A DNA stretch of 64,000 bases from a virus, in IMG/VR virus record IMGVR_UViG_3300021178_000002, positions 3,830-67,829 of that record, one strand, 5' to 3'. A program made the translations under genes and the position numbers. Positions 56,622 through 64,000 of the stretch are shown here, piece by piece. The notes under the pieces were generated by a model. That model saw nothing but the letters and a program-made list of their open reading frames with translations. It did no database searches and was not told the origin of the DNA. Numbering within the stretch: the first letter of the stretch is position 1; each line of letters opens with the position of its first letter.

Positions 56622-56810
56622 TCACGATTTAGCCTCCTTTGCTTTCTCTTCGATTTCTTCTGACAACCGGATGCATTCTCGAGCTGCGTCCTGGATGGCA
56701 ACTACGGTCTCGGCCATCAGCTCAGCCATGGAGTTGAGAGCATTTGCGGTCTTCACCAGTCTATGCGCCAAACGGTTCGGACGGGACAATTTCAATTTCT
56801 GGACCGGCAT
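56622..56810 (-). CDS. small helical protein
   Basis: 62 aa ORF filling the gap. Confidence 0.5.
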   Translation of the reverse strand: MPVQKLKLSRPNRLAHRLVKTANALNSMAELMAETVVAIQDAARECIRLSEEIEEKAKEAKS

Positions 56811-56816
56811 AATGCT

Positions 56817-57041
56817 CTACACCCGCTTCTTCAATTTGGTACGTCCAATAAGGATTCGGTGCCGACGCCGTTCTCGCCAGGTTCTACGTTCGGTCCAGAA
56901 GTCGCGCGGCGGTTTGTGGAAGTGGGTGAACTGCATCATGCGTGTGTAGTGCTTTGACGGCCAGGAGATGCCATACGCCTCACGGGCCGCCTCTACCACC
57001 ATGCCGGCGAGAAAGAGCGTCATGAGCAGCTGGCCGATCAA
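56817..57041 (-). CDS. small membrane-anchored basic protein
   Basis: TTGA overlap with the ATPase stop; N-terminal hydrophobic stretch. Confidence 0.45.
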   Translation of the reverse strand: MIGQLLMTLFLAGMVVEAAREAYGISWPSKHYTRMMQFTHFHKPPRDFWTERRTWRERRRHRILIGRTKLKKRV

Positions 57042-58843
57042 AGGAACACCACCGCGCTGGCCTCGAGGCCCTGACGGTTGCCACGGACAAGTCCCATCGT
57101 GCGCAGGATACTCACGTTGTTGGCAAAGCCTGAGCTGGTAGGCGACTGTCCAGAGTGGCGCGCCACGGTGTCCCATCCTGCAATGGTCGGTGAGCCGCTA
57201 CTGGTGAGGTAGCGCAGGATGCGCATCTGCGGGGCTGTGATCTTGCCGGCGATCGCTCTGAGCAGGTCTTCGGTGGTCAGCGGGACGTCGGGTGCGGTGG
57301 CAGCTCGGCGGCCGTTCTCCGTGAGAGCTAGTCCACCGGACTTGTTGCCCTCGAGGAGACCCCCGACGCGGAGAACGCTCACGTTGTTGGCGAAGCCGGA
57401 GGACTTCGGCGACTGCAGTGCGAGCACGGCGATGAGTGTCCAGTGCGAGCCTCGTTGGCCAATCGATTCCATCCACGCCAGTGCATCCAGGATGCGCTGC
57501 TGAGGAGGTGTCAGTTCATTCGTTGGCGTACCGCGGGTAGACACCTTTGAGATGTCGATCATGCGGAGAGCTTCACTCTTTCCGTGCTTCGGTGGAACGC
57601 CCACGAAGGCTGTGCCGCTCTTCGCAGGCGGCCAAGTACTCACCGCTGGGCCGGTTGAAAGGACGGCCTCGGCCAAGTCACCGAGGGCATCAGCCTTCGT
57701 GATGGTCTGGGTCTGCGTGTCGAGTTTCAGTGTGATGCGGCCCTTGGTGTCCTTCATGAACGAGTCCCACAGGCGCTGCAGCTCATCCCAGTCCGGTTCG
57801 ACCAGTTCGTGGACGGTCTGCATCTGGATCTTCGGCGGAACATTCTCGAGCCTGGTGATCTCCACCGCGTATTTCTGGGCGAGGTCAGCGAACTCGTCCA
57901 GCTGACGCTGCAGCTCGATGATCTTCCTACGCAGCTCCTTCGGGTCGTCATGCTTGGCGTGATCGATCACAGACTGCAGCTGGCCGGAGATCTTCTGCAG
58001 GTCGACGCTGCTCAGTGTCTTGGGCGTGATCATCTTTTCGCCCACCTTGGGTGTGGCCGCCGAGTCGAATGTGTGCCGCCGGCGGATGAAGTAGCGGTTG
58101 AGGAGCTTCAGCCACTCTGGTGACCAGATGTAGGCCTCACCGTCCCTGAGATGCGGCAGCTCGCTGAGAATCTTGTCGCGCTCCTCTTTGGTGCCGTGGA
58201 ACTTGATCCACTCCTCGATGGCGTCGCGGTCCTGAGGGCCGATGGTGCGGTGCGCGATCAGCGTCTCGGCCTGGGTGGTCGTGTTCTTGTTGATGGCCGC
58301 CGAGCGCTGGGAGATCGCTGTTGCGCCGATGCCGTCCATGCGGCCCCAGCGGATGAGCCGGTCGGTGGCGCCAAGCATCTTTGCCTCATCGGGCTGCGGC
58401 CTCTGAGGGATGAAGGCGTCGGCCTCCTCGAGGAAGACGTGGACGGGGACACGATCGTTGTGGTTGAGCAGGTAGGTCACGAAGTCGGTGACGAAGCGGG
58501 AGCGGTCGGCGACCGACCAGCCCTTCATCGACAGGATCATGGAGATCCGGTGCTCGATGAACAGCCGTGCCATCAACTCGCCGGTGTGCGGGTCGAGCGG
58601 GAGATCAGGATGCCGGCCGCCAAATACGTAGATGTTGAGACCGGGCTGATCTCCTGCGAACGACGATTTGAGTCCCCACCAGGCGTCGATGGGGTCCAGG
58701 ACCACAATCGGTGCCAGCTTGATCATCTCTTCGGCAAGCACGACCGCAGTGTTGGTCTTGCCCGAGCCGCGCTTGCCGAGGATCAGAAAGGTCTGGGTGA
58801 CCGCGTCGTTGGGCAGCTGGAGTTTCTCTGCGAGCTTTATCAC
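57038..58843 (-). CDS. HerA/DUF87-like P-loop ATPase with two C-terminal wHTH repeats
   Basis: GKRGSGKT, VLDP, FLEEAD, RWGR..GIG..ISQR; QSPxSSGFANNVSxLR occurs twice. Confidence 0.85.
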   Translation of the reverse strand: MIKLAEKLQLPNDAVTQTFLILGKRGSGKTNTAVVLAEEMIKLAPIVVLDPIDAWWGLKSSFAGDQPGLNIYVFGGRHPDLPLDPHTGELMARLFIEHRISMILSMKGWSVADRSRFVTDFVTYLLNHNDRVPVHVFLEEADAFIPQRPQPDEAKMLGATDRLIRWGRMDGIGATAISQRSAAINKNTTTQAETLIAHRTIGPQDRDAIEEWIKFHGTKEERDKILSELPHLRDGEAYIWSPEWLKLLNRYFIRRRHTFDSAATPKVGEKMITPKTLSSVDLQKISGQLQSVIDHAKHDDPKELRRKIIELQRQLDEFADLAQKYAVEITRLENVPPKIQMQTVHELVEPDWDELQRLWDSFMKDTKGRITLKLDTQTQTITKADALGDLAEAVLSTGPAVSTWPPAKSGTAFVGVPPKHGKSEALRMIDISKVSTRGTPTNELTPPQQRILDALAWMESIGQRGSHWTLIAVLALQSPKSSGFANNVSVLRVGGLLEGNKSGGLALTENGRRAATAPDVPLTTEDLLRAIAGKITAPQMRILRYLTSSGSPTIAGWDTVARHSGQSPTSSGFANNVSILRTMGLVRGNRQGLEASAVVFL

Positions 58844-59295
58844 TGCCCCGGCCTCAGCTCTTCGCGAACTTCCATCAGCAAGCGGCCAAGGTTGTTCTCA
58901 CCGACCAGAGAACCATGCACGTTGCGGATGGCGCCCCAGAAGATGTCACCCCAGCTATTGCCCTCTATGAGGAGAGCGTCGCCGGTCTCCAGCAGCCTCC
59001 TGGCCATGGTCATTTCGTTGAACTTGGCACGCAACAGGTCGTGCATGAGCCCGAGCTTGTACTCCTCCCACTCAGGACGGAGTCTCAGCTTGCGTCCTGC
59101 TTGCTTGGCAGAAGACGCTGTCTGGTAGACGGGTGAGGGCAGCTGGAATGGTCTGCGTGCAACTTGGTCCACAGTCTTGGCAGCCTGGAAGGCGTGTTCG
59201 ACCGTGGGGTACGCGTGGCCGGACCAGGTCACGATGGACGGATAGAAATTGCTGAGAAATGCGTTCTCGCCGGTGAACTTTTCGATCGACTTCAT
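58840..59295 (-). CDS. NADAR (YbiA-like) protein
   Basis: FLSNFY, TVEHAFQAAK, AKF, LLETG..LIEGN.WGDIFWG, GENNLGRLLMEVR. Confidence 0.92.
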   Translation of the reverse strand: MKSIEKFTGENAFLSNFYPSIVTWSGHAYPTVEHAFQAAKTVDQVARRPFQLPSPVYQTASSAKQAGRKLRLRPEWEEYKLGLMHDLLRAKFNEMTMARRLLETGDALLIEGNSWGDIFWGAIRNVHGSLVGENNLGRLLMEVREELRPGQ

Positions 59296-59633
59296 GGCTT
59301 CAGTGCCCCGTCCAGCTCGATGAAGGCGCGCGAGGCGTAGGCGCTAGCCACCGACTGTTGGAAGTGGCTGCCTGGCCGTCCGCTGGACGGCACATGCTCG
59401 ATTGGTACTTTCGCCGGGTTGTCACGCACGGCCGTGGCGACATCGACGACACGCTTGGCATAATTCGGATCCGGAATCCACTCCGCTGGCCGTGGGTTAC
59501 CCCACTCCGAGGTCCCACAGTCACAGAAGGCAAACGGCTCTTCCGGGTCGAATGAGTAGGGCTGCTTGCAATCGGGACAGTAGGGCCAGTAGTAGATGGT
59601 GTTGCCGTCTTCGGAGGTGAAAGAGTCCATCAC
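59292..59633 (-). CDS. zinc-ribbon hypothetical protein
   Basis: CPDC...CDC; coupled. Confidence 0.6.
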   Translation of the reverse strand: MMDSFTSEDGNTIYYWPYCPDCKQPYSFDPEEPFAFCDCGTSEWGNPRPAEWIPDPNYAKRVVDVATAVRDNPAKVPIEHVPSSGRPGSHFQQSVASAYASRAFIELDGALKP

Positions 59634-60160
59634 ACTTTGTCCTCATGGCGCTTGAGAAAGATCTCATCAACTTCGATCTCGAAATGAAAAATCTCTTCGG
59701 CGATGCGGTGGTGGTAGATGAATGCCTTTGTACGCTCCCCGAGGTTGGGGTGGAAGATGGCGACCACACGCAGTGAGTCGGCAAGGTGGTGTACGTAGTG
59801 ACAGCTGCGCCACTCCAACTCTTCGCAAAGCTCGAGATCGGTAGGCAGTTTGTCCTGGCGCATGTAGTCCTTCGAGGGATCCGCGTTGTTCTGGGAGATG
59901 GTGCGGATCCACCGGTTGACCGCCTTGGTCGCCGGCAGCTCAGCATCGTCGGGCCCACGGAATCCTGAGAGCAGGATGGACTGCATCTTCCAGCCCATCG
60001 CCATTACCCAGGGTTGAAGCACACTGTGCTGCGGCTGCCCCAGGCGCATCGAGCGGCGCAGTTGGTCGATTGAGATATCACCACGATGGAGGGCGGCGCG
60101 TTGCTGCTCGCTGGTCATCTGGGCGACGAAATCGTCAGAGAACAACTCGCTCACGCTCAT
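59630..60160 (-). CDS. hypothetical phage protein
   Basis: SVLQPWV...RGPD...HYVHHL. Confidence 0.7.
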   Translation of the reverse strand: MSVSELFSDDFVAQMTSEQQRAALHRGDISIDQLRRSMRLGQPQHSVLQPWVMAMGWKMQSILLSGFRGPDDAELPATKAVNRWIRTISQNNADPSKDYMRQDKLPTDLELCEELEWRSCHYVHHLADSLRVVAIFHPNLGERTKAFIYHHRIAEEIFHFEIEVDEIFLKRHEDKV

Positions 60161-60366
60161 CGCTGCAGCCTCCCGTCACGGTCGAGGGCGAGCTTGAATG
60201 CCATGATCTCGTGGTCGGCGAGGTCTTCCCTCACGGCACGAACCGCCTGCTCCAGCCGGTTGGACGGGAACGACTGACCGAAGTAGATCTCGTCGACCAG
60301 ACGGTCGGCATCGACGATCAGCTTGCCCAGCTTGTCGAAGGCGGCGTCGGACAGCTGCGGGATCAT
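60157..60366 (-). CDS. hypothetical protein
   Basis: ATGA coupling; GGAG RBS. Confidence 0.55.
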   Translation of the reverse strand: MIPQLSDAAFDKLGKLIVDADRLVDEIYFGQSFPSNRLEQAVRAVREDLADHEIMAFKLALDRDGRLQR

Positions 60367-60560
60367 CTGGCCACGCTCCTGTCGATGGTCGCCTCGATCG
60401 GGTGCTCCGGGCTACCAGCGACCTCGATGTCGAACTCCTTGATGCAGCGGTCGCAGGCCCACTGCTGCAGGCCGGACGGTGAGCGGTCGACCACGTATCG
60501 ACCGCGCACCTTCCGCTTCAGGCAGACGTAGCACTTGTGAGCTGCGGTGGAGACCCTCAC
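60363..60560 (-). CDS. small zinc-binding protein
   Basis: CYVC...CDRC. Confidence 0.55.
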   Translation of the reverse strand: MRVSTAAHKCYVCLKRKVRGRYVVDRSPSGLQQWACDRCIKEFDIEVAGSPEHPIEATIDRSVAR

Positions 60561-61081
60561 TCCCCGAGCGCCTCGGCGACGGCTTTCTTGGCCCGAGACA
60601 CGACGTCAAGCGCGTTGGTCTCAAACCACTTCTCGTTCTCATCGATCAGGTTGCGCCGGCGAAGGATCTCTTCGTCCTTCATCTCGACCGGGAAGTAGAT
60701 GCGGCCGTTGGAGCTGTAGCGGCCGACCTTGCTGTCGTCTGACTTCGTGCCGTCCGGCCAGGTCACCATCAGCTGGCCGGTGTGCTCGTTGACACCGCGC
60801 ACGGTGACCTCGATTACCTCCCACGGTCCATGGTCAGTGCGACCGTAGTGATGGCCGCGGGCCTCGAACTGTCGGCCAAGGCGCTTGAATTTGAGGGCAA
60901 CCTTCGATGACCGAGCGCGGGTGGATGTGATCAGCTTCTGCTCTAGGCCCTTCAGCGTTTCGGATGAGAGGGTACGTGAATGAACGCCAGCATCCTCATC
61001 GCTGAGCCTGGTGTTGAAGTTGCCTTTGCTGTCGACGTCGACCTTGTATGTCTTGCCGCGGACCGTTAGCTCGAGACCCAT
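60557..61081 (-). CDS. hypothetical protein
   Basis: GGAGG RBS; 174 aa. Confidence 0.7.
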   Translation of the reverse strand: MGLELTVRGKTYKVDVDSKGNFNTRLSDEDAGVHSRTLSSETLKGLEQKLITSTRARSSKVALKFKRLGRQFEARGHHYGRTDHGPWEVIEVTVRGVNEHTGQLMVTWPDGTKSDDSKVGRYSSNGRIYFPVEMKDEEILRRRNLIDENEKWFETNALDVVSRAKKAVAEALGE

Positions 61082-61084
61082 CAG

Positions 61085-61258
61085 CTAGTCCTCCATCGGT
61101 TTGTTGTCTTGGTGCTCGAGGACCCAGAGCAGTGCATTCTCCACACCCTGCTCGTAGGTGGCCGCGCGCCATTTGGTTGCGCGTCCCTCCCCTTCGTTTT
61201 CCACGATCGTGTTCTGGGCCTCGCCCAGCTGCTCGGTGATCTCCTCTTCCGACCTCAT
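61085..61258 (-). CDS. small acidic phage protein
   Basis: GGAGGAG RBS; TYEQGVENALLWVL motif. Confidence 0.7.
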   Translation of the reverse strand: MRSEEEITEQLGEAQNTIVENEGEGRATKWRAATYEQGVENALLWVLEHQDNKPMED

Positions 61259-61362
61259 GATCTGAACTCCTCCAGTGTTTTGGGGAGGGTCAACGGTAGA
61301 CCCTCGGACTTTGCGATGTCCGTGGCCACACCGACCACGTAGGCAGGATCGGGCTCGGGCGC

Positions 61363-61596
61363 TCACCTGTACGTCACCTCCATCAGCTCAGAGCGCCGGC
61401 GCAGCAAGCGACGGGCGACTGCCTGCATGGCCCAACACCACTTCCCCTTACCGAGTGTGTAGGCCTCGCAGCTGCAGGTGATGACGGCGGTGGTCGAGAC
61501 GCCAATGAAGTGGCGTGTGCCGGGGCGGGTGTGGCTGCGCGCGGTGTACGCCCCAGGTGCGAGGCGACGAGTGTGAGCGCGCGGGGTCTTCCTCAT
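61363..61596 (-). CDS. SWIM-like zinc-finger protein
   Basis: TCSCEAY....KWCWA; GGAGG before ATG 61596. Confidence 0.65.
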   Translation of the reverse strand: MRKTPRAHTRRLAPGAYTARSHTRPGTRHFIGVSTTAVITCSCEAYTLGKGKWCWAMQAVARRLLRRRSELMEVTYR

Positions 61597-61711
61597 GGTG
61601 TCCTCCATTTTCAAGTCGAGTGGACGGGGGTTGCTTTGCTGCCAGCCGTACGCAGTAGTCCGCGACCGAGAGGCATCATCCTCAGTCCTAGCTTTGCCCC
61701 GTCCGCAGCGG

Positions 61712-61720
61712 AGCATAGCA
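61712..61720 (-). promoter_or_regulatory. extended -10 promoter of the leftward operon
   Basis: TGcTATGCT on the minus strand with an AT-rich upstream tract. Confidence 0.5.
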
Positions 61721-61801
61721 CGGATTCCGCATAATTAAAAGTGTGTCGTCGGGCGGGGGGCAGACCAGTTGCGGGAGGCGTTCACCGCTGGTAGCTCAGC
61801 A

Positions 61802-61920
61802 GGTGTGTGTGGGTGTGACCTCACACCTCCTCACACCTCCCAACCCTGGTCTCTGTGGAGGGTGTGAGGTTGGGTGTGGAGCACCCCCTGTAGGAAGGGG
61901 GGTGCTCACACCCTCACACC
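61802..61920. repeat. iteron-like GGTGTG/CACACC array
   Basis: GGTGTG at 61802, 61812, 61861, 61873; CACACC at 61822, 61832, 61907, 61915; GAGCACCCCC/GGGGGTGCTC inverted repeat. Confidence 0.75.
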
Positions 61921-61976
61921 CGGAGCCCCTAGAACCGATTATGCTCACGCTCTCAAATCTTCTGGGAGGACACGAA

Positions 61977-62318
61977 ATGAGCACACGACAGGGACTGGTC
62001 TTACTCGACGGCGGGAAGGCCCATAAGGCGGGCAAATGGCTGGTCGTCAAGGCCGACATAATTATGAGCATGGTCGGCATGCTGCAGCTCGGCCAGCCGC
62101 GTGGCGTTTCCCTCAACCAGCTGCACAAGGTTCTGGACAGAGTGCGGGAGGGAAAGCCGCGGGTGGACTGGTATGCGCTGCGCGATTCACTGAGCTATCT
62201 GGAGAACGACGGTCGGTTGAAGACCCACAAGGTCCGCAAAGGGAACTTGCACTTTTCGGTGTACGAGCTGGCAGACTGGGAGGAATGGTGGCGGGTTCAC
62301 AGCCGTCTGCTCGGGTAA
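61977..62318 (+). CDS. winged-helix-like DNA-binding protein
   Basis: GGAGG RBS; VSLNQL...LRDSLSYLENDGRL...VYEL. Confidence 0.65.
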   Translation: MSTRQGLVLLDGGKAHKAGKWLVVKADIIMSMVGMLQLGQPRGVSLNQLHKVLDRVREGKPRVDWYALRDSLSYLENDGRLKTHKVRKGNLHFSVYELADWEEWWRVHSRLLG

Positions 62319-63139
62319 AGCGGAAGGGCAACTACAAGCCGGGGGTCTACGCGGTCCACGGTGTGCGCGATGCCATAGCCCAGGGACGTGTCAAACCACG
62401 GGAAGAGATCTGTGAACGCTGCGGGCAGCAGCATCTGCGTTGCAGCGGCCATGCTCACCAGCGGGACGAACAGGGCAATCCTCTCCCGATCCGGCCCTGC
62501 CGTTGCTGGCCGATGCGGGGACAGCGGGTCTGCGGCACCCATGGTGGTATGGGACGCAATCGCAAGGCCGTTGAGGCATCATTGCGGAAGAAGGAAGAGA
62601 TGGAGAAGGCAGAGCGCGCGGTGAAGACACTCGGCTTGCCCCTGGAGGGCCAGTCGCCACAGCAGGTCCTGCTGGACGAGATCGCGCGCACCGCCGGCCA
62701 TGTGCGTTGGCTCGGTGAGCTGATCGCCAACCTCGAGCCGGACTCGGTGGGCTGGGGGATCGCCGCAGAAGAGAAGCGCACCGGAGTTGGCGAGATGGAG
62801 ACCAACATCGATCTGACCACCACGACCAAGGTGGCGCGGCCGTCGGTCTGGGTCGAGCTGTACCAGAAGGAGCGCGCCCATCTTGTGCATGTGGCCAAGG
62901 TGGCGATCCAGTGCGGTATCGCCGAGCGCCAGATCAAGCTGGCTGAGGAGCAGGGCCACATGATCGCCAACGCATTCCGCGAGCTGATCGAAGACCCCGA
63001 GCTGGCGCTGAACGCGATGCAGGTGGCCGCGGCCAGGACGATCGCTTCCAAGGTGCTGCGCGCGATGTCGGCCATGACGCCAGGTGGTGGGAGTGGTGTC
63101 CGTCCCTACGTGGTGCCAGCGATCTCCGACGGGGAGTGA
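62285..63139 (+). CDS. probable terminase small subunit (HGG zinc motif)
   Basis: C..H...PC..WP.RG..VC.THGG; LLDEI...GHV.WL; WVELYQKER; GIAERQIKLAE; start uncertain. Confidence 0.6.
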   Translation: MVAGSQPSARVKRKGNYKPGVYAVHGVRDAIAQGRVKPREEICERCGQQHLRCSGHAHQRDEQGNPLPIRPCRCWPMRGQRVCGTHGGMGRNRKAVEASLRKKEEMEKAERAVKTLGLPLEGQSPQQVLLDEIARTAGHVRWLGELIANLEPDSVGWGIAAEEKRTGVGEMETNIDLTTTTKVARPSVWVELYQKERAHLVHVAKVAIQCGIAERQIKLAEEQGHMIANAFRELIEDPELALNAMQVAAARTIASKVLRAMSAMTPGGGSGVRPYVVPAISDGE

Positions 63140-63223
63140 CGCCGTTCATCGTCGTTGCCGGACGGACACAGTCCCAAGCGCGCGACCTCTACCTGCGGAG
63201 TGTTCGGGTCGCGCGCGTGATGT

Positions 63224-63460
63224 TCAAGCGGACGCGGTTTCGGATGGTGCGTGTGGTCGGTAGTGGCGGTGGCGACGAGCGTAGTGCCAGTGGGGGTCGT
63301 TCGAACCGTCGGGGTTCGGCCAAGGGCACTCGTAGATCTCGGTAGGTCCCACACGCCGAGCGGCTGCTTCCTTGGCGTCCCGCTTGGTCGACCACGGTGT
63401 CTTGCGCAGACAGTCGGAGAGCGGCGATCCCGGACGTGTCGGTCGAGTCGGAATCGCCAT
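63224..63460 (-). CDS. small zinc-binding phage protein
   Basis: C.RK..W.T...A...IYECP...HWH. Confidence 0.6.
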   Translation of the reverse strand: MAIPTRPTRPGSPLSDCLRKTPWSTKRDAKEAAARRVGPTEIYECPWPNPDGSNDPHWHYARRHRHYRPHAPSETASA

Positions 63461-63642
63461 TACGTGACGTCACAGAAGAAGCCTGGAGTGCCGCGATATT
63501 CGACGCCGCACCAGTGGTGGGTGAACGGGATGTTCCACCAGAGCCCTGCATTCTGGGTGGTGACGTCGCCGTAGCTGTGCATGCCGCCGACGATGACGAG
63601 CATGCACCAGAGCGCGACCAGGATGAGGATGGAGCGCTTCAC
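63460..63642 (-). CDS. small secreted or membrane protein
   Basis: signal-like N-terminus; coupled. Confidence 0.5.
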   Translation of the reverse strand: MKRSILILVALWCMLVIVGGMHSYGDVTTQNAGLWWNIPFTHHWCGVEYRGTPGFFCDVT

Positions 63643-63998
63643 GACAGGGTGACCGCGAAGACGACTTCGGTGCTCGGCGGCAGGTTGGCCTCTTGGGTCT
63701 CCAGCGCTGACGCGGTGATGTTGATGGAGTAGACGAGCGAGCCGGATGTGACGTAGGTGCTTGTCAGGTTGGCGTGGCCGATGCAGACGGCGGTGAACTG
63801 GTAGTCGTAACGCAGCCAGCCTCCGCCAGCTGTGACGAAGATGGGAGAGCTGGAGTTGCTGCCGGATCCGGTCCAGGTCCCGAGGTCAGTCCACACGTCG
63901 GGGGTGGCCGGTGACGACAACGTGGAGACGTCGACCGACCAGGAGCAGGGCGGAGGGGGAGGCGGGGGTGTTGGCGATGGCGGCGGAGGGGGAGGTGT
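63639..63998 (-). CDS. Pro-rich protein, 5' end outside the window
   Basis: frame stays open to the window end (TPPPPPPSPTPPPPPPPCSWS...). Confidence 0.55.
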   Translation of the reverse strand, partial: TPPPPPPSPTPPPPPPPCSWSVDVSTLSSPATPDVWTDLGTWTGSGSNSSSPIFVTAGGGWLRYDYQFTAVCIGHANLTSTYVTSGSLVYSINITASALETQEANLPPSTEVVFAVTLS

Positions 63999-64000
63999 TG

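Noticed and set aside
61622-61704. c-di-GMP-I riboswitch (GCAAAGC and receptor-like CUGAG/UACGG)
   Set aside because: The GNRA-capped P2 hairpin and P1 arrangement are missing

Overview
The window looks like most of one high-GC tailed dsDNA phage genome, probably a siphovirus; SD-less genes preceded by -10 boxes suggest an Actinomycetota/Chloroflexota-like host (inference). Layout: (i) 1-3152, leftward small early-type genes (DUF932, Gp88-like); (ii) 3153-4170, a ~1 kb non-coding control region with divergent sigma70-like promoters, a repeated operator-like motif and a densely base-paired ~600 nt leftward leader RNA; (iii) 4174-36538, the rightward virion arm (membrane genes, phosphatase, TerL, portal-NUDIX fusion, protease, scaffold, capsid, tail, cysteine protease, holin); (iv) 36675-61596, a mostly leftward replication and nucleotide-metabolism arm (UDG-PolA, MazG-like, Mom-like, SSB, Sak4-like ATPase, Cas4-like nuclease, RuvC-like, ThyX, SNF2 and UvrD helicases, an inverted primase-helicase, amidase, HerA-like ATPase, NADAR); (v) 61.8-64 kb, an iteron-like repeat block, a wHTH gene and a probable TerS. 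I saw no integrase, tRNA, CRISPR array or reverse transcriptase. The best candidate for something undescribed is the large structured RNA at ~3170-3748. All calls come from motif recognition and base-pairing by eye; no searches or folding programs were run.
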